Shown in pieces: positions 48,787 to 59,400 of a DNA stretch of 64,000 nt (position 1 is the stretch's first letter; every line of letters begins with the position of its first letter). The notes below the pieces were generated by a model. The model was not told the origin of the DNA. It was given only the letters and a program-made list of their open reading frames with translations, and did not search any database. The translations under genes were made by a program, and so were the position numbers. Source of the stretch: Candidatus Bathyarchaeia archaeon (GTDB taxonomy: Archaea; Thermoproteota; CALKCG01; B24); assembly GCA_038870975.1 (NCBI GenBank), contig JAVZJD010000001.1:640001-704000 (forward strand). Direction: 5' to 3'.

Positions 48787-49917
48787 ATGGAGAAATCGAA
48801 ATTTCAAAGCATAACGAATTTGAGAGAACGCATTGGACTTAATTTTATTAGACCTGATGTTAACCGTCCGGGAAATCATGACTTTATAAATAGCGGAGTT
48901 TTTCTTGTGTCTCAATTTAAACAATTAGGAGTTAAGTGGAATAGACTTGCCTTCTCTTGGGTTTTAATACAACCGAAGAAAGGGGAATATAATTGGACAC
49001 CATATGATCAAATCGTTGACGTATGCAGAAAAGAAGGAATTAATATATTGGCTACAATAGGCGGTCATTTCGATAATCCTTCGGTTCCAACATGGGCAGG
49101 GAATTCTCTTGCAGAAGTTGTTAGAGTTAATCCGAAGGCATTAGAAGGCTTTGTTGAGTCCTTGGCTCAACGATATAGAAAGTATATCCATCATTGGGAA
49201 GTTTTTAACGAACCAGCAAGTTTTCATAAGGGCTTAACAGTGATGGAATATATAGAGAAAATCTTGAAGCCAAGCTATAATATCATTAAATCTATAGATT
49301 CCAAGTCAAAGGTTCTGCCATGCTCTTATCGACATTTACCGGCTATTGGCAACAAAGAAGACTTTTGGAATGTTGCAAGAGGATACTATGACATTCAAAA
49401 CATCCACATATACGTAGACTGGGGAAAATTCCGAAAACAATCTATTGCAGATAAAGAAATTGAAGAAGCCAAAAGATTCCGAGAACTGATGGTGAAGTAT
49501 GGTGAAGAAGATAAGAATTTTTGGATAACAGAAATAGGATGGTGGGGTACCGCCTCAATCACAGGCAGTATCTATGAATTCTATAAGGAGGACCCAATTT
49601 CTCACGTTGAACTTAAGCCCTTCTATACTGGAAGGGAGATTCTTGAACATCCAATAGTTAATCGAGAAGATAGTTTTCGTGCTGAATGGATGAAGGATCT
49701 GTTTCCACGCATATTATCCGTTCCAGGTTGTGAGAAAGTGTTTTTGTGGGCATCAATGGATGAGTTTGAAGGTGGTTATGATCCAAATACATTATACGGT
49801 AGAAGCATGGAAAACACAACTGTCCGTCAAGTCGATTTATGGGGTATTATAGCTGGAGATAGAACTTGGCGAAAAAGTGCTCTTGCTCTTTCCGTAATTC
49901 TAAAAAAATCTCCTTAG
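48787..49917 (+). CDS. Clan GH-A TIM-barrel glycoside hydrolase (GH5/39-like)
   Basis: W..IQP..G.Y.W...D, WEVFNEP (acid/base) and WITEIG (nucleophile). Confidence 0.85.
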   Translation: MEKSKFQSITNLRERIGLNFIRPDVNRPGNHDFINSGVFLVSQFKQLGVKWNRLAFSWVLIQPKKGEYNWTPYDQIVDVCRKEGINILATIGGHFDNPSVPTWAGNSLAEVVRVNPKALEGFVESLAQRYRKYIHHWEVFNEPASFHKGLTVMEYIEKILKPSYNIIKSIDSKSKVLPCSYRHLPAIGNKEDFWNVARGYYDIQNIHIYVDWGKFRKQSIADKEIEEAKRFRELMVKYGEEDKNFWITEIGWWGTASITGSIYEFYKEDPISHVELKPFYTGREILEHPIVNREDSFRAEWMKDLFPRILSVPGCEKVFLWASMDEFEGGYDPNTLYGRSMENTTVRQVDLWGIIAGDRTWRKSALALSVILKKSP

Positions 49918-50072
49918 AAATACAACCAAAAAATTTATATATTGGAGGGGAAAAGACGAAAATAGAGCGAAGGCTAGAATGAATTAGAACACTGCCTAAT
50001 GGTTTCAAAATACTCCTTGAGACTTTAAACTTACTCCTTAGGAGTATAGATGAAAAACTTTTAGAAAAAAGT

Positions 50073-52034
50073 TTAGCGTGGATATGCTATGAATGCTCCA
50101 AAACCAGCTATTAACGTGTTTAATGCTGTTCCGAGCATGAATCCGCCAGCAAATGGTACAGTCTTCTCCTCGTAGAGTTTGCTTCCTCCGATTCTTAATA
50201 TAAGCCATTTTATAATGCTACAGATGAGAGCCGCCATCCACATTCCCCCGATACTAGCTTCCCAAGCCCAAGAGATTATAAACACATACGGATCTGGTAT
50301 CCACAGGAATCTAGCACGTACGAGGCTTACAATGACCATGAGAATGAAACCACTACCTATCCACGGAGTGAGTTCAATAATAGGGCCTGGTGCAGGTTTA
50401 TTCCACATATCGTTAATTCTAGACTCAATATTACCTACCCAAATGCAACCAGTTACGCCTTTTCCATATACGCCTGGAAGTAGAATCATCATTATACATG
50501 CAACGAATATAGCGGTAATTAAGGATGTGAAAGTTATCTTAATTACGTTTTTAGGGTGTACATTCATTAATTTAGCCATCTTGTATGATCCAACAGTTGC
50601 ATAGACGCTACTACCCCAAGGGCTACTAAGAAGATGCGAAACCGGCTCATATATGAAGAATAGGGCTAGACTTGTATCTGCAGACGTGGCTGGTAGCATA
50701 TATTCTGTTGGCCAGAGAAGCGCCTTTGCAACGAATGGGCCCATGGTACCAGAGCCTCCAATTGTAGCTCCCACCCGGGCCCATGGTTGAATAATTGTAT
50801 ACCAGACTACAACGCCAGTAAGTGTAAGAACAAACGATGTCCAAGGACTTATACCAGTTAGTGTAAAGTGAACTACCATAAGGATAAATGACACGGTAAA
50901 TATCATCCAAGCTGATCTATAGGACATAGGTTCTTCAGCTTCAATCTTCGGATCTTTAACAGTTCCCAAAGCCATCTTCAACGTCATGACTATGTGGTGT
51001 CTTTCGTAGAAAATCGCCATGACAAATATTCCCAGCATAGAACCACTGACAAGAGTAAAAGCTGAAATCGGAGGCCCTGTAAACGGGGTATTCTCTCCGC
51101 ACCAGCTCTTTCCACAGAAGCCCAAGTCAATATATCCAGTATAATATCCTAAAGTACAAGCGATCGCTGTTGCAACTTGAAAAATTATACCCCAGAAAAC
51201 TACGCTGAACAGTGAGTGTAATGGTGCTAGGAGTAGTAGTGCATATAATGGTGTGAGCTTTGAAAGTCCATAGTTCCATGTTGTACCCGGGATTGTTATC
51301 CAGTGAGTAACTGAACCACCGCAAGTGTTTATACGTATTGAGTACACGTCTGGGAACCATGGGAAGAATAAAATGCCAGCTCTGATAAGCTCTAAGCCAA
51401 GCCCAGCTATGAAGCCTAAGATGAAGGCCCATCTTCCAGCCCACTTGGGATTACCAACTTCTCCCGCTCCTATGATTGCACTATATGCTACCGTTATATG
51501 AGGATACGGTAGCATTTCAACATCCATCCATTGGCGCCTAAAAATGCTGGCTAAACCTACGCTTATACCAGCGAAGAAGGCAAACATAAAAAACCACCAT
51601 ACCATAACTGGAATAAACTGACCCCAAGGTATGGCGGTCGCATTTCCAGCACCTCTAATTAGCACTTCCGCCGCTTCCTTCGGAGGTGATACAAACTCAG
51701 GTACATATGCCATGATAGATTCCGCTGTGCCCAAACGTGCTGTCATCAAAGCATATATTTCTCTCCAAGGTGAATTCGTACTTGCAAATGCTGATGCTGA
51801 TAAAGCAGTAGTGTATAAAAGGATAAGCATTCCTGACGTCAGATGTTTCCTGACAGAGGATATGCGCATAAGCAAAGCAATTATCAGAGACATTACAAAT
51901 GGCATACCTAGCAAATCAACTCCAAAAGTCGATATCAAAGTCCCTGCATTCATATTGCATGAGAATGGAAACGGCAGGAAGAAGATGAACAAGTTCCCCA
52001 GAACCGTTAGAATAGCTGTTATAATAACAGCCAA
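50073..52034 (-). CDS. OPT/DUF6785-like polytopic membrane transporter
   Basis: Many TM segments; IFRRQW.D.E.LPYP, EEPMSYR and LRIGG..LY.....P...GF. The true start is probably upstream (see findings). Confidence 0.8.
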   Translation of the reverse strand: MAVIITAILTVLGNLFIFFLPFPFSCNMNAGTLISTFGVDLLGMPFVMSLIIALLMRISSVRKHLTSGMLILLYTTALSASAFASTNSPWREIYALMTARLGTAESIMAYVPEFVSPPKEAAEVLIRGAGNATAIPWGQFIPVMVWWFFMFAFFAGISVGLASIFRRQWMDVEMLPYPHITVAYSAIIGAGEVGNPKWAGRWAFILGFIAGLGLELIRAGILFFPWFPDVYSIRINTCGGSVTHWITIPGTTWNYGLSKLTPLYALLLLAPLHSLFSVVFWGIIFQVATAIACTLGYYTGYIDLGFCGKSWCGENTPFTGPPISAFTLVSGSMLGIFVMAIFYERHHIVMTLKMALGTVKDPKIEAEEPMSYRSAWMIFTVSFILMVVHFTLTGISPWTSFVLTLTGVVVWYTIIQPWARVGATIGGSGTMGPFVAKALLWPTEYMLPATSADTSLALFFIYEPVSHLLSSPWGSSVYATVGSYKMAKLMNVHPKNVIKITFTSLITAIFVACIMMILLPGVYGKGVTGCIWVGNIESRINDMWNKPAPGPIIELTPWIGSGFILMVIVSLVRARFLWIPDPYVFIISWAWEASIGGMWMAALICSIIKWLILRIGGSKLYEEKTVPFAGGFMLGTALNTLIAGFGAFIAYPR

Positions 52035-52522
52035 CGTTATTGACAGCGCGGTTATTCTTAGTTCTTCATATCCACTAGCCGTTTTCCCACCGAATCTGAA
52101 TTTATGCTGTATATATATATGCTTTTCGCCTCTTTTTTCAAGTTGTCGTACTGTGACATGTCGGAGGCTGTTTTCATCGAATTGAGAAGTCTAGCCGAGG
52201 CTGTTCACATGATTTTCAACTCTTATATCGATCTAAGCCACGTCTCATCCAGAGAAGATCGTGAATGTTTCAGTCAAGGGTAGTTGCATTTAAGCTCTGT
52301 CAGTAGCCCCTCTATGCGTTTAAGCCTCTCCCTAAGCCCATCCTTCAAATACCTTCTAAACGTCATGTATCCTATCAAAACATACAATGGAAGTAAAACT
52401 TCAAAATAGATAGCTTCTAAAGAAGCTTGAAAAGAAAAAATAGGGGATTTTGCGGGGGAAGTCGCCAACTATTGGGGAAACAGTTAAATCTAATATCTGC
52501 TTTCAAAATACTTTTGACCTTT

Positions 52523-53623
52523 ATGGATAAGATTAAAGTCGGTATAATAGGATGCGGTGGTATTGCTTCAAGTACACATGTTCCAAATTATCTTAAACTG
52601 CCGGATGTATCCGTGGTTGCATGTGCTGACATCGATGTATCTAGAGCAAGAGATTTCGCGAAAAAGTTCAACATTCCGGCTTTCTATGGAGATTACAGAG
52701 ACATGCTTGATAAGGAAAGCCTAGATGCCGTAAGTGTGTGTACACCTAATGTAGCACATAAAGGACCTTCTATAGCGGCTATGAAAGCCGGAGCGCATGT
52801 ACTTGTTGAAAAGCCTATGGCTGCCTCACTGAAGGATGCCGTCGAAATGTGGGAGACCTCTAAAAAGACAAATCGAATACTCATAGTCGGTTTTCAAACG
52901 AGGTTCAGCCCGTCCATAGTAATGCTTAAGGATATCGTTGCATCTGGTGAATTAGGTTCTGTATACTACGCTAGGTCTCTACATTTAAGACGTTGGGGTA
53001 TTCCGCCAAGCCCTACTTTTATAGACGCAAAGTTATCTGGAGGAGGGGCTCTACTCGACATAGGATGTTACGCAGTAGATACCGCCATGTACGTATTAGG
53101 TTTCCCAGAGCCTAAAACAGTGACAGGTGTTACATATGCTAAATTCGGTAAGAATAAGAAGTATGCTGAAATGGGCTGCTGGGGTTCCAAGTGGAAGCCT
53201 GAGGATTTCCAAGTTGAAGATATGGCTATAGGCTTTATCAGATTTGAAAACGGGCTTTCTATGATCGTAGAGACCAGTTGGGCTAGCTATATAAGTAGCT
53301 CGGGGGTCTTTAATGTAGTACTTCTGGGCGATGAAGGAGGGGCTCAAATGGACCCGCCTGAGATCTACAGGGGTTTAGAGCTTGAAGAATTGAAGAAGAG
53401 AGCATATGGTCCTCTTAATTTAGCAGCTAAACCTATTGATCACTTTCCAAATGTGGACATATACTATATGCGCATAGCAAACTTCGTAGAGTCTATAAAA
53501 CTTGGGAAGCCTTTATTCTCACCGGCTGATGAGGGTATAATTGTTCAGGCAATCTTAGACGCAATATACAAGTCTGCAAACTTAGGCAGAGAAGTCGAAG
53601 TTGAAAAGCCGTGGAGGAGTTAA
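52523..53623 (+). CDS. Gfo/Idh/MocA oxidoreductase
   Basis: GIIGCGGIA, EKPMA and GGGALLDIGCY. Start adjusted to ATG 52523. Confidence 0.9.
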   Translation: MDKIKVGIIGCGGIASSTHVPNYLKLPDVSVVACADIDVSRARDFAKKFNIPAFYGDYRDMLDKESLDAVSVCTPNVAHKGPSIAAMKAGAHVLVEKPMAASLKDAVEMWETSKKTNRILIVGFQTRFSPSIVMLKDIVASGELGSVYYARSLHLRRWGIPPSPTFIDAKLSGGGALLDIGCYAVDTAMYVLGFPEPKTVTGVTYAKFGKNKKYAEMGCWGSKWKPEDFQVEDMAIGFIRFENGLSMIVETSWASYISSSGVFNVVLLGDEGGAQMDPPEIYRGLELEELKKRAYGPLNLAAKPIDHFPNVDIYYMRIANFVESIKLGKPLFSPADEGIIVQAILDAIYKSANLGREVEVEKPWRS

Positions 53624-53641
53624 AAACGCATACATTTTCTT

Positions 53642-54577
53642 CTAATTTTTCTTTGAGAGTAAGGCTACCCTACTAGATCTAAAGAAATCTTTAATAGCAT
53701 ATCCTGTTTTATCAGCTAATTTCTCGGCAAATTCTAAAACGTCTTCATAACTTGGCATAGCCGTTTCTGGGAGTCTTTTTATTGATTCTCCTACCCTCAT
53801 ATAAGCTTTGGGCTCTATGTAGTCTGGCTCGGCTCTCTCTATGAGTTTAGCATACCCATCTACATTGTGCATATTGTATCCTTTAACCAAGGTTATCCTC
53901 ACCACTTTACGGCAGTTGAAGCTTCTCATAAGCTCCAGGCTCTTCATCTGTGCCTCCCACCCGTTTTGTTTAATGGGCACTTCAAGTCTGTTGAAGGTTT
54001 CTTCATCTGGTGCGCATACGCTTATGTACAGGTTTGTCGGTTCAACCCATAGTTTTTCAAGTCCTTCTGGATATGTGCCCTTCGTAACGAGGAAAGTCTT
54101 CATCCCCCGTTTTCTAGCTACTTCTATGAACTCCGGTAAATACGGATATAGAACACTTTCACCAATAAGGCTAATAGCGATATTCGTAGGATTTTGCGCT
54201 TCTTCCCATTTTCTCCGCTCAACTTTAATATTTCCCTTGTAGCCTGTCAGAAGAATCCGCTGTGCTTCCACTAAACCGTTTAGTAGCCATTCAGGCTCAT
54301 CGGGTTTTACGTCCATCTCAGCTCCAAGAAATATTTTGAAGCTCCTCCAACAGTAGAGACATCTATTAAGACACCAGAATAACGCTAAACTACACTGGAG
54401 ACATCTATGGCTTTCAATTCCATACCACTTCTGCTTATAACAATATCTTCCCTGCGTGAGGCTTTTCTTAGTCCATTCGCATATTTTAACACCACTGTGG
54501 CTTCCAACGATTCTATAGCCTTGCTTTAAAAGATTTCTCTTAAAGGATTCTAAGGTATTTTCTAGGCTTGTCATCAA
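53642..54577 (-). CDS. taw1: 4-demethylwyosine synthase (radical SAM)
   Basis: HSGVKICEWT, CYKQKWYGIESHRCLQ, CLNRCLYCWR and EPKAYMRVG. Confidence 0.93.
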   Translation of the reverse strand: MMTSLENTLESFKRNLLKQGYRIVGSHSGVKICEWTKKSLTQGRYCYKQKWYGIESHRCLQCSLALFWCLNRCLYCWRSFKIFLGAEMDVKPDEPEWLLNGLVEAQRILLTGYKGNIKVERRKWEEAQNPTNIAISLIGESVLYPYLPEFIEVARKRGMKTFLVTKGTYPEGLEKLWVEPTNLYISVCAPDEETFNRLEVPIKQNGWEAQMKSLELMRSFNCRKVVRITLVKGYNMHNVDGYAKLIERAEPDYIEPKAYMRVGESIKRLPETAMPSYEDVLEFAEKLADKTGYAIKDFFRSSRVALLSKKN

Positions 54578-54694
54578 ATCATTATCGGTATTTTCAACAA
54601 AATAAAGTTACTTCAACATATGAAAGTAACTTTACGGTTTGTGTTTTTGCAATGGATTTAGTTTTCATAATGGGAAACGTTGGAGAGTTCTTTT

Positions 54695-55639
54695 TCAAAT
54701 TGTAGAATTAAGAGTTTCTAAAATGAATACAGCTAAAGCGAGTGTAAGCATAAGTAGACTCCAAGTTTTCGTGATTTTACCACTCCGCCTGTTCATTACG
54801 TATAGCATAAGCGTCATAAGAATCATGAAGGGTACAGTTGATAAAACCTCAAGTAGAGACACGTTGAAAGGTCTGAAAAGCCCAACGATCCCAAGAACAA
54901 GAGTCATGGTTATTATATTGTCGCCGATCACATTCCCTATCGATATCTCTTGTTCACCATGTAAGGCTGCAACTATCGACACAGCCACCTCTGGGATTAC
55001 ACAGCCAATTGCCACCATCGTAAATCCAACGTAGAACTCGTTCAAATTAAACATTTCACAGATGAATACAGCGCTATATACTAGGAGGAAGGCTCCACAT
55101 AGTAATACCAGACCACTAAGAAGCATGATTATCATCAGCTTTGCTAAGCTATCACTTGGTTTTCTATCTGTAGGGTTACTACCTCCATTTCCTTTACGGA
55201 TAGAGTTGTAAATGAACACGGGATATAGCAATAGAAAAATTAAGCCAACCCACCACGTTATCCCCCCAATTGTAATAGCTATAAGCATAAGTGTAACACT
55301 TAAACCGACCATAAAGAGGCATTCGTCGTTGATCGAATTTTCTTTAATCTTTAATCTCCTTACTAAGCCGCATATCCCTACGATTAAAGGGATGTTGTAT
55401 ATGTTTGAACCTATAATGTTTCCTAAAGCCATCTTAGATGTTCCGTAAAGCATGGCAATTGTAGAACTTAGCAATTCTGGCATTGATGTTATAGATGCTA
55501 CGAAAACAGTTCCCACAACAACTCTATGAAAGTTTAAACTAGCTGCTAGTTTAGACGCTGCTTGTACTATTTTCTCAGATCCTATGTAAAGGAATAGCAG
55601 ACTTACCGCAAATAATGCTGTATACAGTATTACTGTCAA
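54695..55639 (-). CDS. Ca2+/Na+ antiporter (CaCA, YrbG-like)
   Basis: Alpha repeats TSMPEL...GNIIGSNIYN and IPEVAVS...GNVIGDN. Confidence 0.9.
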   Translation of the reverse strand: MTVILYTALFAVSLLFLYIGSEKIVQAASKLAASLNFHRVVVGTVFVASITSMPELLSSTIAMLYGTSKMALGNIIGSNIYNIPLIVGICGLVRRLKIKENSINDECLFMVGLSVTLMLIAITIGGITWWVGLIFLLLYPVFIYNSIRKGNGGSNPTDRKPSDSLAKLMIIMLLSGLVLLCGAFLLVYSAVFICEMFNLNEFYVGFTMVAIGCVIPEVAVSIVAALHGEQEISIGNVIGDNIITMTLVLGIVGLFRPFNVSLLEVLSTVPFMILMTLMLYVMNRRSGKITKTWSLLMLTLALAVFILETLNSTI

Positions 55640-55781
55640 GGTTTTTCCCAGACTTCTGGGTAGCTTTAGAAAAGCTAAATATAAACTTATCGATTTTTTG
55701 TAGATACATTTTAAAATTCTTGCGGTAAGAAGCTATAAGTTCATATTGCACCTTATGAGAGTACCTACATGGTGTAAATTT

Positions 55782-56426
55782 GTGAGTAAACTTGAGGAGA
55801 TTTTCGCAAAGCTTGAACATACATTGTCTGAGAAAGATTCTGTTCGCGACTCTATCCAGGAAACTGCTCGAAGCATTATAAGGCTTTCTAAAACAGTGTT
55901 GGGGCTGATCCATAGAGGGCTTCTCGAAGAAGCAAAGTTGGAAGCTGATAAGTTTTCAAGTCTTCTTGTAAATTTAGAAAAGCTCAGGTCTCTCCATGAG
56001 GAGTTCTATTTTTCAAATTTGATAGCTGATGCCTATCAAGAGTACTGTGAAGCTAGAGTCCTTCTGACTTATCTTTCTGAAAGTAGGATACCCAACTGGG
56101 AGGAGCTTCGCTCCCCACCAATATCGTATCTTCTAGGCTTGTTAGATATGGTTGGTGAGCTTAGACGTTTAACTTTAGACTGTATTCAACGGGGTGATAT
56201 AGACGCAGCTGAACGGTTTTTGAAAACCATGGATGACATTTACTATGAATCTATGAAGATAGACTCTCCCTACGCTCTCTCTGTTGGATTGAGACGTAAA
56301 CTCGACATAGCTAGAAAGATAATAGAAACCACAAGGGGAGACCTTATATTTGAAATCAGAAGGAGTAAACTAGAGCAGGCTTTAAGAAATCTAGAAGATG
56401 TTATTAGGAGGCATGAAGCCTCTTAG
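55782..56426 (+). CDS. Translin/TRAX family protein
   Basis: AYQEYCEA, YLLGLLDMVGELRR and LRRKLD. Confidence 0.85.
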   Translation: MSKLEEIFAKLEHTLSEKDSVRDSIQETARSIIRLSKTVLGLIHRGLLEEAKLEADKFSSLLVNLEKLRSLHEEFYFSNLIADAYQEYCEARVLLTYLSESRIPNWEELRSPPISYLLGLLDMVGELRRLTLDCIQRGDIDAAERFLKTMDDIYYESMKIDSPYALSVGLRRKLDIARKIIETTRGDLIFEIRRSKLEQALRNLEDVIRRHEAS

Positions 56427-57069
56427 CCTCATTGGCTGCTAAATGTGCTAATCTAATGGGCTCAGGCATTCGGTAGTATCCGAGGGATCTAATGGAAACT
56501 TCCAACGTCGTCTCTAAAGATATGAAACTTCCAGGTGAGACATATATTGGATTAGCTCGATTACTGGGTCTGATACAATAGCCTACAACTTGTCCATTTA
56601 ACACTATAGGCTTATACTCTAAAGGGTCTTTAGGCATGTCACATATGCAACCTGACAATAATTTACTTGAAACCCCGATAGAAGGTCTGTTAGACAGTAC
56701 TCCAACGTATGTGGCCAATCCACATTTAAAGGGATGCGCTATACCATGTCCTCCCACTATGAGCACTTGAAAGTCTTCTTTAACGTTTTTTAAAGCCCTG
56801 AGTATTAATGGCCCCTCTCTGAAGCAGAGTAGGCTTGGTATATAGGGCATAATCACCCTGCCTTTGTAGATAGTCTTTTCAACCATCCTAAAATCTGAAA
56901 GTTCCATCACAACGATAGCAACATATGCGTTTAAATCCTCATAGGCAACATCTACACCAGCAACCCTATTAATAGGTTTTTCAAAACGATCTTCTATGGC
57001 TGCCTTCGACGCTATGTACTCCTGTACTCTTCTAAGCCTTGAAATAAAATCCCCATCGACATTGAGCAT
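56404..57069 (-). CDS. nfi: Endonuclease V
   Basis: GVDVAY, PYIPSLLCFRE, GHGIAHP..CGLA, YVSPG and PEPIRLAH. Confidence 0.92.
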   Translation of the reverse strand: MLNVDGDFISRLRRVQEYIASKAAIEDRFEKPINRVAGVDVAYEDLNAYVAIVVMELSDFRMVEKTIYKGRVIMPYIPSLLCFREGPLILRALKNVKEDFQVLIVGGHGIAHPFKCGLATYVGVLSNRPSIGVSSKLLSGCICDMPKDPLEYKPIVLNGQVVGYCIRPSNRANPIYVSPGSFISLETTLEVSIRSLGYYRMPEPIRLAHLAANEAKRLHAS

Positions 57070-57749
57070 TAAATATTCACCTTAACTTCAACTGAAATTC
57101 TATCCCCATTCTTAAGGTTGAACCTTTTTCTGAGGTTTTCAGGAGCTATAAGTTCAACTATATCAGGTCCATAGTGCGTCCTCTCGGGTACTACTATAGC
57201 GCCGTTTACTTCACCACCTATTAAAGCTGGGTAACACCTTACAGCACCGTAGGGTCTTCCGTTTTTACTGAATTTCTCTATTTTTAAGCCAGGTAGTCCT
57301 CTCACAATGGAGATTGCTTTCAAATCGTTTAAATCGACGATTTTAAGGTTTAAAGTGCCAGGGTATGGCTTAAACTTTAGAGTGTCTTCAAACTTGTCCA
57401 TATATACTCTCACGTAGTGTTCTCCATCTCCAAATCCACTTAATACTACTCCTGAAAACCTAAACGTTTTATGTTCTTCGAAGATGGGTATGAGCTTCTC
57501 ATAAGTAGACCTTAAAATACTCAGACAATTATCTGTCAATCTAACAGCAGTTTTTCTACCAGCTCGCTTCTTCTCAATAAATGCATTACTGTTTAACTCG
57601 TTTAAAACTCTTGAAATAGTCTGCTGAGGCAGTCCAACATCTGAAGCTAGGTCTATGGTAGACACATATATCCAATCCTTCCAGGCACCAAGCTCTATAA
57701 GTTTCAAAATGATTGGAACATTCCTCCAGAAAATTTTCTCTCCCCTCAA
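57069..57749 (-). CDS. ribK: HTH plus CTP-dependent riboflavin kinase (RbkR-like)
   Basis: QQTISR HTH; SGFGDG, PYPGTLN, PERTHY and ELIAP. Confidence 0.9.
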   Translation of the reverse strand: MRGEKIFWRNVPIILKLIELGAWKDWIYVSTIDLASDVGLPQQTISRVLNELNSNAFIEKKRAGRKTAVRLTDNCLSILRSTYEKLIPIFEEHKTFRFSGVVLSGFGDGEHYVRVYMDKFEDTLKFKPYPGTLNLKIVDLNDLKAISIVRGLPGLKIEKFSKNGRPYGAVRCYPALIGGEVNGAIVVPERTHYGPDIVELIAPENLRKRFNLKNGDRISVEVKVNI

Positions 57750-58216
57750 ACCCCTCTCTCCATAAAATACTCAACTATACGTTGTTTTATAAGCGAAGAA
57801 CTATTGGGCATATAGCCTTCAAATTTACCCATTTTAACAATTTCCACTCTAATTCCAATTCGTTTAATAGCCTTCTCCAACGTCTCTCTCAAGTAGTCTT
57901 GATCATAGCCTAAAACGACGATATCCGGTTTAACCGTAGCTAAAACCCCTTCAATAGATGGAGGTTGAAAACCCAGTATGGCTTCATCTACAGGCTTAAG
58001 GTTTTCAACTATAAATCTCCTAGCCTCCTCTGGAATTATAGGCGGCCTTCCCCTAGACTCTTCTACTGTCGAATCTCTAGCTACTAAAACAACAAGTCTA
58101 CCCCCTTCGCCAGCTAATGATTTTGCACGTTTAAGGAGCTCTATATGCCCTGGGTGGATTACGTCGAAGACGCCTCCAACGAGGACTGTTTTACCCATTA
58201 ATACTCCCCCTCCCAT
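57746..58216 (-). CDS. ribL: Archaeal FAD synthetase
   Basis: GGVFDVIHPGH, VARDST, KPD.V.LGYDQ and SSS.IK. Confidence 0.88.
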   Translation of the reverse strand: MGGGVLMGKTVLVGGVFDVIHPGHIELLKRAKSLAGEGGRLVVLVARDSTVEESRGRPPIIPEEARRFIVENLKPVDEAILGFQPPSIEGVLATVKPDIVVLGYDQDYLRETLEKAIKRIGIRVEIVKMGKFEGYMPNSSSLIKQRIVEYFMERGV

Positions 58217-59283
58217 TTAAAATCTACAAGCTTTAGAAGACGCAATCCTTCAAGTATGCCTTCACAGTAGGCAATTGCTACGAGACTGCTAACTAAATCA
58301 CCTTTACATCTAAAGGCTATTGAATCGTTATAATAGTTTCTAGCCCATTCCAATGCCAGATTGAGTTTTTCACTAAGCATTTCTCTAGTTTCTCCTAGAA
58401 TTTTCATCTCCCTAAAAACGTTTTTAACACCAAATATGTACTTATCCAGTATGTCGACTTCTACAAAGCCTCTAAAGCGTGGAATGCTCTCAACAAGACT
58501 TCTACTAACACCAGCCAGATACATAAGTGATTCAGCCTCAAGAAAGTGTAAAGCTCCTGGGACAATTATGCAGTGAGGCGGTTCACCGAATTCCTCACGA
58601 ATTAACTCACCTAGTTTTCCACCTTTAACCTTATAGTTTTCATAGCCCAATCTAGCCAGTCCAATTACAAGTCTATCTTCTGTAAAAACACCCATTTGTT
58701 TCTCTTCTTCAATTTCTCTAAGTAGCTTCAACCCCTCGTTAACAGTCATAGCTCTATTCTCAAAAGCTCTGTAGTCCAACAGAAGGAGGGTATGCAATCC
58801 ACGTGCGAGATTGTAGAATGTTGTCTCATAAGGCTTAGTTGAAATCGCACCTCCATTTGGAAAGCAAATAGTTGCTGTTTCACCAAACTTGTAGATTTGT
58901 AATCCAATGGCTCCAGCTGCACTTGTAATAATAGAGGATGAGCCTACAACTCTAGTTTTTATTCCACGTTTTTCGGCTTCAAGTCTTAAAGCTATATGCG
59001 TCGTAGCGGCGAATGGATCGCCAGGGGTTAACAAAACTACTTTAGATTTAATAGCTCTGTCTAAGATAGACTTTCCGTTCAAGTTTTCGAGGTCTTCTCT
59101 AGAGACTCTTCTAAAGTTTCTCCCTGAAATACTTTCAAGTTTTTTCACTACTTCTTCAGGGGTATAATTGGTGTATGTTTCGATGTATACTTCATCAGCA
59201 CTTTTGACTACTTCAAGCCCTCTAAGAGTTAATCCGTCTTCTCCTAAACCGAAACCTACAAACGTCAATTCTCCAGTTCTCAT
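58198..59283 (-). CDS. dph5: Diphthine synthase fused to DUF357
   Basis: GDPFAATTH, LQIYKFG and GLHTLLLLD; C-terminal Y..D...F...GD.V......YCEGILE. Confidence 0.92.
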   Translation of the reverse strand: MRTGELTFVGFGLGEDGLTLRGLEVVKSADEVYIETYTNYTPEEVVKKLESISGRNFRRVSREDLENLNGKSILDRAIKSKVVLLTPGDPFAATTHIALRLEAEKRGIKTRVVGSSSIITSAAGAIGLQIYKFGETATICFPNGGAISTKPYETTFYNLARGLHTLLLLDYRAFENRAMTVNEGLKLLREIEEEKQMGVFTEDRLVIGLARLGYENYKVKGGKLGELIREEFGEPPHCIIVPGALHFLEAESLMYLAGVSRSLVESIPRFRGFVEVDILDKYIFGVKNVFREMKILGETREMLSEKLNLALEWARNYYNDSIAFRCKGDLVSSLVAIAYCEGILEGLRLLKLVDFKWEGEY

Positions 59284-59400
59284 CTAAAAAACTATCATCT
59301 GTGCTCCCTTTAATCCCTAACTTTACGCTTTCGTAGAATTTCTACGATCTTTCGAAGTACCATTAGAAAAGTCTTATCACTCAGAACAACCATAATTCCT

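Noticed and set aside
52186-52468. 64-aa ORF or decayed gene
   Set aside because: Only about 30 residues look coding, with no recognisable family.
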